Source: Candidatus Latescibacterota bacterium
GTDB lineage: Bacteria > Latescibacterota > UBA2968
Direction: 5' to 3'
Length of the DNA: 64,000 bases
Assembly (NCBI GenBank): GCA_965116885.1
Contig: OZ220741.1
Location: forward strand, 480,001-544,000
The notes under the pieces were generated by a model that saw only the letters and a program-made list of their open reading frames with translations, did no database searches and was not told where the DNA came from. The translations under genes were made by a program, and so were the position numbers. Positions 34,231-42,218 of the stretch are shown piece by piece; within the stretch, counting starts at the first letter, position 1, and each line of letters opens with the position of its first letter.

Positions 34231-36507
34231 ATGCATTGGAAAACTTCCTTATGGCTTCTTGGCGCGGGTGCTATCGCGCTCGTGCTTTCGGGTTGGCTCC
34301 CCCCTGCAGTGGAAGCGGGAAATCCCCCCGGAAAACAGCGCCACCTGACGCGATCAAAAACCTGGATCAGTTTTCGAAATACGGGAACGATGGGGAGGCG
34401 GAATGATATTGGACGAGGGGGCGGATCCGAAGGACTCACGGATCCCGATTTGTCCTACCCCGGGACAAAGGTACACAGTGCGACCTCGGGCGGCGATCCC
34501 AACGACTGGATCTGGGGATCGTGGTACCCCGATCTGAGCAGTTCGGGTATCGATGGCTACAACTGCGCCCTGGGGCAAGGCGTCTGGATTCTCACGCGCG
34601 AGACAGGCTCCTATAACGTCTCGTCATCGAATCCGAGATATGAGACAGTGGATATCGCGCCGATGGTTTACAACGCAGCCGGGGGGCCAGAAGCCTCTCT
34701 GGGTGTGGACGATGGTCGAAGCAACTACTACCCGGGGGCTGCACCCCCAATTGAGGAACCCGTCGAAATCCACAACTATGCCAGCGGCAAGTATATGGAT
34801 GCCAACAAGGACCATTTCCCCGAAGAGATGATCGTGTCAAAGTGGACGACGGAGCGAGGCATTACTGTCACCCGCAAGGCGTATGCCTGGAGCTATCCCG
34901 ACTACGACGACTTTGTGATCGTGGAACACATCTTTGAGAACACGGGAGATGCCAACGGAGATGGCATTGCCGACAGCGGACTGCCAGTGCAGCTAAACGA
35001 CACCTACTTCGTCTTCGTGAACAGCTTCGCCGTGGCCCAGGCCGGGCATGTCTCGCGGTTCGGCAGCAGCAATTACGGAAACTACCGCAACGAAGTCCTG
35101 GACGACTGGTTTGTCTATACCGGGGCACCGAACTATTCGGGTCCGCACAGTGCGGCGAAGATGGCGTATCAATGGGATGGTGATTCACCCTTCACAACCA
35201 ACGACGACACCGGAGAGCCGTTCAGTTCCGAACTCGCTACCCGACTTCCCGCTTATTCCGAAACAGAAGGCGAACTGATGGCTTTTCAGTACGTGGGGGT
35301 AGCGCCTCTGGATTACACACCGCCTTTTGCCAATGATCCCGGAGAGATCTACGTAGCACCAAAGCAAATGGAGCAGCCTTTTGCCGGCCATTGGTGGGAA
35401 GCCCTCGACACGCAGAACTCCGAAGAGCCTACAAATCAGGTCAATTCAGATCAGGAGATCTACGAAATCTTTACCGCCTCCAGTCGCGACAATCCCAGTG
35501 AGGTGAAGGGACTCCTCAACTCCCAGACCTATGGTCCCTACGACCTGGGACCGGGAGACAAGGCGAAAATCGTCCTCGCTTATGTTCTCGGCTCGGGAGC
35601 CGAAGCCCAGGGCATGGACATGTACGAGTGGGCAGTACAGGGCCGTCAAGATCAACTCGCCAACGGCGAACAGGCGTTATTCGATCACCTATCGAGGGCG
35701 CAATTTGCCTACGACAACGGATTTGATATTCCCGACGCGCCCCCCGACGTGGCCTTCACTGTCGAAAGCAACCCGCAGGGCAACCTCCAGCTTTCGTGGC
35801 CTGCATCCGTCGAGCAGTCCCCAAATCCGGACTACGGAACAGCGGATATTGCCGGGTATCGCGTCTATCAGTCCTCTGTGCGGGAAATCGGGCCATGGAC
35901 GCTCCTCGAAGACATCCCGGTGGGAGATCCAAATCCCAATACGCCAAACTCCTCGCTGAACAGCGGAATCTACACCTATGCCGACACGCGGTCTGCGGCG
36001 GGATTCGAGTACTGGTACGCCGTTACGACCTATGCCTCGGGCAAATCCTCTTGGACAAATGGGATATCGACCATGAGCGATCTCTCAAAGATCGAACAAG
36101 ACCGTCTGAAACTGGGGCTCGAAAGCGGAAAAGGAGGCGAGTCTCAGCGCACGCCCCTATCGAAAGTACCGTTCGTGCCTTCTACCGATGCCAAAGATCA
36201 ACTACAGGATCTGGTTCGGGTAGTGCCCAACCCATTTAGAGCCGACGATGTCCACAAGTACTCAGGTTCCGACCGCGTTCGATTCGTGAACGTACCCAGA
36301 AAAGCCAGAATCAACGTCTTCTCCCTTTCCGGCGACCTGGTAGCGCAGTTCGAACACGACGGACCAGACCGAGGCGAAGTCAATTGGCGGCTTCTGCTCA
36401 ACCGATCTGTCACCGGACCTGTCTCATCGGGGATCTACTACTTTGTGGTGGAATCGCTGGTATCTCCGGGGCAGACTCAGTCCGGTACCTTTGTAATCAT
36501 CAAATGA
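34231..36507 (+). CDS. Secreted acidic protein with Fn3-like module and T9SS type A/FlgD-like C-terminal domain
   Basis: Signal peptide; L.W......GYRVY...Y.D......YWYAVT; C-terminus VRVVPNPF..VRFVNVP..INVFSLSGDLV..SSGIYYFVV..GTFVIIK. Confidence 0.75.
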   Translation: MHWKTSLWLLGAGAIALVLSGWLPPAVEAGNPPGKQRHLTRSKTWISFRNTGTMGRRNDIGRGGGSEGLTDPDLSYPGTKVHSATSGGDPNDWIWGSWYPDLSSSGIDGYNCALGQGVWILTRETGSYNVSSSNPRYETVDIAPMVYNAAGGPEASLGVDDGRSNYYPGAAPPIEEPVEIHNYASGKYMDANKDHFPEEMIVSKWTTERGITVTRKAYAWSYPDYDDFVIVEHIFENTGDANGDGIADSGLPVQLNDTYFVFVNSFAVAQAGHVSRFGSSNYGNYRNEVLDDWFVYTGAPNYSGPHSAAKMAYQWDGDSPFTTNDDTGEPFSSELATRLPAYSETEGELMAFQYVGVAPLDYTPPFANDPGEIYVAPKQMEQPFAGHWWEALDTQNSEEPTNQVNSDQEIYEIFTASSRDNPSEVKGLLNSQTYGPYDLGPGDKAKIVLAYVLGSGAEAQGMDMYEWAVQGRQDQLANGEQALFDHLSRAQFAYDNGFDIPDAPPDVAFTVESNPQGNLQLSWPASVEQSPNPDYGTADIAGYRVYQSSVREIGPWTLLEDIPVGDPNPNTPNSSLNSGIYTYADTRSAAGFEYWYAVTTYASGKSSWTNGISTMSDLSKIEQDRLKLGLESGKGGESQRTPLSKVPFVPSTDAKDQLQDLVRVVPNPFRADDVHKYSGSDRVRFVNVPRKARINVFSLSGDLVAQFEHDGPDRGEVNWRLLLNRSVTGPVSSGIYYFVVESLVSPGQTQSGTFVIIK

Positions 36508-36539
36508 GATTGCCATGTATCCTCAAAAGGAGGCCCTCA

Positions 36540-37481
36540 GTGAACAAAGTATTCGGCATTGCACTGATCCTATCCCTGATCGCCTATCATGCGGAAGGTG
36601 CCGTAGATGACCCGCCAGAACGGGTTGGCCGGTCGGGTTTGAATTTCCTGAAAATTGGACAGGGCGCACGACCGGCAGCTATGGGCGGAGCATTTACGGC
36701 GATTTCCGATGGGATTGACGCGATCTTCTGGAATCCGGCCGGGCTGACGAAGATTGAGAAGCGAGCCTATACGTTATCATATACCAATTGGCTCGTAGAT
36801 ACAAAAATTTACTCCGGAGCATTTGCGGTCAAATACGGACGCGCAGCTCTCGGACTTGGTGTGATCGCTCTGGATCCCGGTGACGTGGAAGAAACGACCA
36901 TCTTCGCACCGAATGGCACCGGACGCACGCTGGATCTGGGAGACCTGGCCATAGGAGCCGCCTATGCCATCACGCTGACCGATCGGTTCTCCTTTGGCAC
37001 GCAATTCCGCATCATTCGCGAGTCCCTCGATCTGGAAACCATCAACACATTCGACTTCAACGTTGGCAGCTGGTTCAAAACGGGATTCAAAAGCACCCGA
37101 CTGGCGATGTCTCTCCGAAACCTCAGCAAAGACATCACGATTGACGAGCAACCATTCTTCGTACCGAGCGTATTCTCGATTGGTGGGGCGATGGAGATTT
37201 ACGGCGAGCAGGGAGACCCCTCCTATGCCACACTCTCCTCCGAGGCCCTTTTCGTAACCGATTTCGGGACGCGGGTGCATGTGGGTGCCGAACTCTGGTT
37301 GGCGAATGTGCTGGCCCTGAGAGGCGGCTATAAATTTAACTATGATGCGGAGAGTTTCAGCCTCGGTGCGGGAATCAAATGGGAGTTGGATGACCGCATG
37401 TTCACGGTGGATGTATCCTACACGAACTTTGGAGATCTGCTGAACGAGCCTATCCGCATCAGCGTCGGAGGTGCATTCTGA
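36540..37481 (+). CDS. PorV/PorQ (UPF0164, FadL-like) family outer-membrane barrel
   Basis: FLKIGQGARPAAMGGAF.A..D...IFWNPAGL, LALRGGY, C-terminal F; GTG start at 36540 with AGGAGG. Confidence 0.85.
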   Translation: MNKVFGIALILSLIAYHAEGAVDDPPERVGRSGLNFLKIGQGARPAAMGGAFTAISDGIDAIFWNPAGLTKIEKRAYTLSYTNWLVDTKIYSGAFAVKYGRAALGLGVIALDPGDVEETTIFAPNGTGRTLDLGDLAIGAAYAITLTDRFSFGTQFRIIRESLDLETINTFDFNVGSWFKTGFKSTRLAMSLRNLSKDITIDEQPFFVPSVFSIGGAMEIYGEQGDPSYATLSSEALFVTDFGTRVHVGAELWLANVLALRGGYKFNYDAESFSLGAGIKWELDDRMFTVDVSYTNFGDLLNEPIRISVGGAF

Positions 37482-38260
37482 GCAACCTATCTCCTCCCCC
37501 GATGCTCAGTGAAGAACAGGTCGAAGCATTCTTCGAAATAGGATTCATCATCGTACCGGACGTTTTCACGCCCACCGAAATCGAAGAAATGCGAGCCGGA
37601 TTTGACCGTTTGCAAAAAATGGCCTACGCGCTATCGGAAGCCGGGATGCACAAAGGCTCCGACTTTGCCATTGACCGAACGGAATCGGGGCGGGTCATCA
37701 TTCGGCGCATCTCCTGGTGCGGAGCAGCCGAACCAGTACTGCTCGCTTATGGCAAAGACCATCGCCTGCTCAGAATGGCGAACCAGTTGCTGGGCAGCAA
37801 CGAGATGAACCAGTTAATCAACCAGGCCCACTTCAAAATACCCGGCGACAACGTCGCATTTCCCTGGCACCAGGACAGCGAGAACCGGGGATATGGAAAA
37901 CCCGGCTGGAAGGACGTCAACGGACGCGGCAGCTTTGTCCAGCAAGCCATCGCCATTGACGATGTAACCGAAGAAAATGGACCATTGAAATTTATCCCCG
38001 GAAGTTGTAAATTGGGACATCTGGGTTTGCTGAGCCGCAGTGAAGAAGAATGCCGGACGCTCTTCAATCCCGACGACGCCGTCACGGGAATTATGAAAGC
38101 CGGCAGCGTGGCTCTGTTCAATCCATACACCATCCACGGCAGCGAACCGAACCGTTCGCAGAAACCGAGGCGTGTTTTTATAAACGGTTATGCCTACCCG
38201 GGCGCCAACTCGAGAACCTATCTCGGCAGGGGCGCTGGCAGGCTCTTAAAGATCACCTGA
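37478..38260 (+). CDS. PhyH-family Fe/2OG oxygenase, copy 2 (start CTG 37478 or ATG 37502)
   Basis: About 25 substitutions over 252 aa versus copy 1 by manual comparison; HxD...H triad intact. Confidence 0.9.
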   Translation: MSNLSPPPMLSEEQVEAFFEIGFIIVPDVFTPTEIEEMRAGFDRLQKMAYALSEAGMHKGSDFAIDRTESGRVIIRRISWCGAAEPVLLAYGKDHRLLRMANQLLGSNEMNQLINQAHFKIPGDNVAFPWHQDSENRGYGKPGWKDVNGRGSFVQQAIAIDDVTEENGPLKFIPGSCKLGHLGLLSRSEEECRTLFNPDDAVTGIMKAGSVALFNPYTIHGSEPNRSQKPRRVFINGYAYPGANSRTYLGRGAGRLLKIT

Positions 38261-38269
38261 AGGAAAATC

Positions 38270-40246
38270 GTGTCAAAGCCGGAAATCACTTCCCAGGTAG
38301 ATGCGACCACATCTGCGGAGCCAGCACGCAGGGAAGGGGTCACCCGGCGCGCCATCCTGCTCGGCCTCGCGCTGGTGGTCTTTCTCAACCTCTTCATCAA
38401 CTACCTGGATTACATTGTCCGGTCGTCCAAGACCAATCTCAACCATTTTTCCATCGCGCTTTTCTTTTTCTACGCCCTCCTGACCCTTCTCCTCAATCCG
38501 ATCCTTCGCCGTCGCTTCCTGGGATTTTCGCGTTCTGAGCTCCTTGTAGCCCTCGCCCTTGGCCTCCTCGGATCCATCCTGCCCACAGCGGGCCTGACCG
38601 GGTTTTTCCTCGGCATTATCGCCTCGCCCTACTATTTTGCCACACCGGAAAACGGTTGGGCCGAATACCTCCACCCGCATCTGCCCCCCTGGTTCGCCCC
38701 TTCACAAAAGACGGCCATGCAGTGGCTCTTCGAAGGGCTACCCGAAGGAATCGCGATTCCATGGGATGTGTGGATCGTACCCCTCCTCTGGTGGTCCTGC
38801 CTGATTGCTGCGATGACACTCGGATCGATCTGTCTTGCAGTGGTCCTGCGGCGCCAGTGGTCGGAGCACGAGCGTCTGATCTACCCAATGCTGATGCCAG
38901 CACTCGCCATCACAGAAAGCGATGACCGGCTTCCCGACATCCTGAGACATCGCATCTTTTGGATAGGTGCCGCACTCGCCTTTGTCGCGGTCTCCTGGAA
39001 CATCGGGTCGTTTTTCTCACCGCTATTCCCCGCCATCCCGCAAAGCCTGGGGAATCTCGCGCTCGGAGGTGGACTGCCCTCCATTCCACTTCGCCTGAAC
39101 TTTTTCCTGATGGGATTCACCTATTTTGCCAATGTGGAAGTCCTGGGTAGTTTCTGGGTCTTTCTTTTATTTTTTTTAGGCCAAGTATGGGTCTTTAACC
39201 GCGTGGGATTCGACATTGGACCAAATGGCGATCTGTGGTCGTCACACCACTCGGCTTATAGCTGGCAGGGAATGGGCGCTATGACGGCTTTCGTCGGATG
39301 GGGTTTGTGGACGGGACGCCACCACATAAGGAGCGTTATAGCGACGGCCTTTGCCACACGAGAAAGGCTGGATGATCGAGGGGAAATGGTCTCCTACCGA
39401 ACCGCATTCTGGGGACTTGTCCTCAGTGCCATTTTCATCGTGGGATGGCTGCACTACGCCGGAATGGAGCTATCGGTAGTCTGGCTCTTCCTATTTGCGA
39501 CACTTGTGATTCACCTGGGAGTCGCCCGCATCGTGGCAGAGTCGGGCCTCATCTCCGTAAGGGGACCAATGACGGCACAATCGTTCTGTTTCTACAGCCT
39601 GGGATCCGCATCCGTTGCCCAGAGCAGTATGACCGTTTTGGGATTCTCTTATGCCCTGCTCTCTCACGGACAAGGACTCTTTCTGCCCGCACTCGTTCAC
39701 GCTGTGAAACTCACAGATATCGTCCGGGCAAACAGGCGGCGAATGCTTCTCGCACTGCTGGGAGCACTCATTGTGGGAACACTAATTTCTCTCGTCTATA
39801 CCCTGCACCTCGGATACAGTCTGGGTGCTTACAACTTCAACCCCCTGGGTCCCTTCTCCAGCGGCCCCCGACGGCTCCTGGGAAAAGTAGTGGGCAAGAT
39901 GGGAAACCCCTTCCCGCCCAGCACCTGGAAAATCACCTTCTTCTGGCTCGGAATCGCCATCATGTCAGCCCTGCTATTTCTGCGCTACCGCTTTCCGTGG
40001 TGGCCCATCAACCCCATTGGGTTCCCGATATCTGGAACCTCGCTAATACGGATATCCGCTCTGCCCATCTTCATCGTCTGGACCATCAAGATCATCGTAC
40101 TCCGCACCGGAGGTGCTCTGCTCTATCGCCGGATTGCGCCCTTCTTCATAGGACTGACTGTAGGGCATGCAATAGCTGTGGGCGTATCGGCAATCGTAGA
40201 TATCATCTGGTTCAACGGACGCGGGCACATGATCTACACCTGGTAA
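38270..40246 (+). CDS. Polytopic membrane protein, DUF6785/DUF6784-type putative transporter
   Basis: YYFATPENGW, LRRQWSEHERLIYP, WWPINPIGF; paralog of 3325-5283. Confidence 0.7.
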   Translation: MSKPEITSQVDATTSAEPARREGVTRRAILLGLALVVFLNLFINYLDYIVRSSKTNLNHFSIALFFFYALLTLLLNPILRRRFLGFSRSELLVALALGLLGSILPTAGLTGFFLGIIASPYYFATPENGWAEYLHPHLPPWFAPSQKTAMQWLFEGLPEGIAIPWDVWIVPLLWWSCLIAAMTLGSICLAVVLRRQWSEHERLIYPMLMPALAITESDDRLPDILRHRIFWIGAALAFVAVSWNIGSFFSPLFPAIPQSLGNLALGGGLPSIPLRLNFFLMGFTYFANVEVLGSFWVFLLFFLGQVWVFNRVGFDIGPNGDLWSSHHSAYSWQGMGAMTAFVGWGLWTGRHHIRSVIATAFATRERLDDRGEMVSYRTAFWGLVLSAIFIVGWLHYAGMELSVVWLFLFATLVIHLGVARIVAESGLISVRGPMTAQSFCFYSLGSASVAQSSMTVLGFSYALLSHGQGLFLPALVHAVKLTDIVRANRRRMLLALLGALIVGTLISLVYTLHLGYSLGAYNFNPLGPFSSGPRRLLGKVVGKMGNPFPPSTWKITFFWLGIAIMSALLFLRYRFPWWPINPIGFPISGTSLIRISALPIFIVWTIKIIVLRTGGALLYRRIAPFFIGLTVGHAIAVGVSAIVDIIWFNGRGHMIYTW

Positions 40247-40255
40247 AAAAACGAC

Positions 40256-41290
40256 CTAATGCATATCTACGGACAGCACATAACTCAGCAGAGTCACCAA
40301 AAGCCACGTCCCCACCAGCACAACCCCAAAAGGACGTTTCATCGCATTGCCCGACACAAAAATACCGCAGCGGAAAACAACGAGAATAAACACCATTGCC
40401 GGAAACAAAAATTGGAAAAACTGACCATCGGCTTGCAAGCCACCTGGTGTTGCTGCAGCCGAGACACCGGCGACAAAAAACACATTGAGAATATCTGCGC
40501 CAATAATATTGCCAACAGCCAGTTCGCCGTGCCCGCGTCTAACAGCGGTAATCGCCGTCACGAGTTCGGGGAGCGACGTGCCAAACGCGACCAGCGTAGC
40601 CGAAATAATGTGTTTTGGCACGCCAATTCTCTCTGCCAAAATACTCACACTGGGAATGAGAATTTGAGCCGAAATAACAATAACCGCAATCGCCAGGAGC
40701 AACTTGATGAGCACGAGGCCCGCGTTACTCTCCTCCGCACCGGTTGCATCTTCCTGCTCAGTATCCGACGTAGCTGCAGCCCAGCGGATCGACTGCCAAA
40801 TATAGAGCACCAAAAGTACCACAAAAGCGAACCCAACGAACTGCGGCAAAACCCCACCCTGGGTAAACAATTTCGCGGGAGAAGCCCACGGGAAACAGGC
40901 GAGCACCAGAAGAACACCAGCCCCCACCTGCACATTTGACAACCGCGACGCCAACTGGCGATTGAGAGGTAAAGGAGCGATCAGAGAAGCCAGGCCGATA
41001 ATAAGACCCGTATCGCAAATAATCGAACCGACAGCATTCCCAAGCGCAAGCCCTGGTTTCCCCTGAATCGCCGAAAACACGGACACCGCCGCTTCCGGCG
41101 TCGTCGTGCCAATACTCACAATCGTCGCACCGATAACCGCTTTACCCAGCCCCCAGCGCACCGAAAGCGTCACAGCCTCATCGACGAGCCAATCCGCGCC
41201 TTTGCCGAGCGTGTACAGCGTCACCGCAATAATCACAAGCAGGAACGGACTGGCCAATCCCATCACAAGCTCTTCAATCCACTTTTCCAT
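40256..41290 (-). CDS. Calcium/sodium antiporter (YrbG/CaCA family)
   Basis: Two alpha repeats: GATIVSIGTTTPE..GNAVGS and ATLVAFGTSLPE..GNIIGAD. Confidence 0.9.
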   Translation of the reverse strand: MEKWIEELVMGLASPFLLVIIAVTLYTLGKGADWLVDEAVTLSVRWGLGKAVIGATIVSIGTTTPEAAVSVFSAIQGKPGLALGNAVGSIICDTGLIIGLASLIAPLPLNRQLASRLSNVQVGAGVLLVLACFPWASPAKLFTQGGVLPQFVGFAFVVLLVLYIWQSIRWAAATSDTEQEDATGAEESNAGLVLIKLLLAIAVIVISAQILIPSVSILAERIGVPKHIISATLVAFGTSLPELVTAITAVRRGHGELAVGNIIGADILNVFFVAGVSAAATPGGLQADGQFFQFLFPAMVFILVVFRCGIFVSGNAMKRPFGVVLVGTWLLVTLLSYVLSVDMH

Positions 41291-41326
41291 CTTCTGCCTT
41301 TCCGAAGGCAACGATCAATGACACAC

Positions 41327-41352
41327 GGGACGGCACAGGGGCCGTCCCCTAC
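41327..41352 (-). repeat. GTAG-type REP palindrome
   Basis: Identical to 600-625. Confidence 0.8.
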
Positions 41353-41426
41353 AATACCATAGCCTAACCCTGCATGTTTTAAGCAGGACCGCGATGGAGG
41401 CTCTACAGCGCATGATTAGCTACTCG

Positions 41427-42200
41427 CTAAATCACAAAAATATCACTTGGACGATCCTGCTCAGCCACACTCAGGGGAAAAGACCGAACACCTTGACTCT
41501 GCAACATATCCGCGCAAGTTTCTCGCGCCAGCTCCGGCCGGTTATTTTTCTCACTCAAATGCGCCAAAACCGCCTGTTTCAAACCCTCTCGCGCCAGATC
41601 GCACAACGCCTCGGCCGCCCCATCATTTGACAAATGACCGTGCGTACTATTGATCCTCTGCTTCAAAACCCAGGGATAAGGCCCATCCATAAGCAATTGA
41701 TAATCGTAATTCGTCTCAATAATCACCAGATCAGCGCGGCGCATATGCTGATAAATTAGCTGCGTCACCGTACCCATATCTGTAGCAATCGTCACATTGG
41801 CCTGCCCATCCGTCACGGAAAAATTCACGGGATCAGCCGCATCGTGAGGCAATTGAAATGCCTGAAAAGACAGATCGCCAATAGAAAACGCCTCATCATT
41901 TTCAAACACCCGAATCCTCTCACGCCCCCGAAAAATCTTCTTAGAAGCATTCAACGTACCCTCCGTCATCCAAACCGGCAACCCGTACCGCCGCGCCAAC
42001 ACACCCACTCCCTTAATATGATCGGAATGCTCGTGACTCACCACAACAGCCTGCAAACCCGCTGGATCAAACCCGACACCCCGCAAACGCTCTTCGATCT
42101 TCTTACCCGTCAAACCCGCATCAATAAGCACACTTGAAGAACCATTTTGAACACAAATCGAATTGCCACCACTGCCACTTGCCAACAAACAAATCTTCAC
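41427..42200 (-). CDS. MBL-fold metallo-hydrolase (YycJ/WalJ-like)
   Basis: LASGSGGN, SHEHSDHIKG, PHDAADP, ETNYD, GHLSN, AHLSEKNN. Confidence 0.9.
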   Translation of the reverse strand: MKICLLASGSGGNSICVQNGSSSVLIDAGLTGKKIEERLRGVGFDPAGLQAVVVSHEHSDHIKGVGVLARRYGLPVWMTEGTLNASKKIFRGRERIRVFENDEAFSIGDLSFQAFQLPHDAADPVNFSVTDGQANVTIATDMGTVTQLIYQHMRRADLVIIETNYDYQLLMDGPYPWVLKQRINSTHGHLSNDGAAEALCDLAREGLKQAVLAHLSEKNNRPELARETCADMLQSQGVRSFPLSVAEQDRPSDIFVI

Positions 42201-42218
42201 CTGTAACTCCTCTATTCA

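Noticed and set aside
36384..36539. N-terminal extension of the PorV ORF in the track
   Set aside because: Overlaps the upstream gene; GTG 36540 has a strong SD and begins a signal peptide
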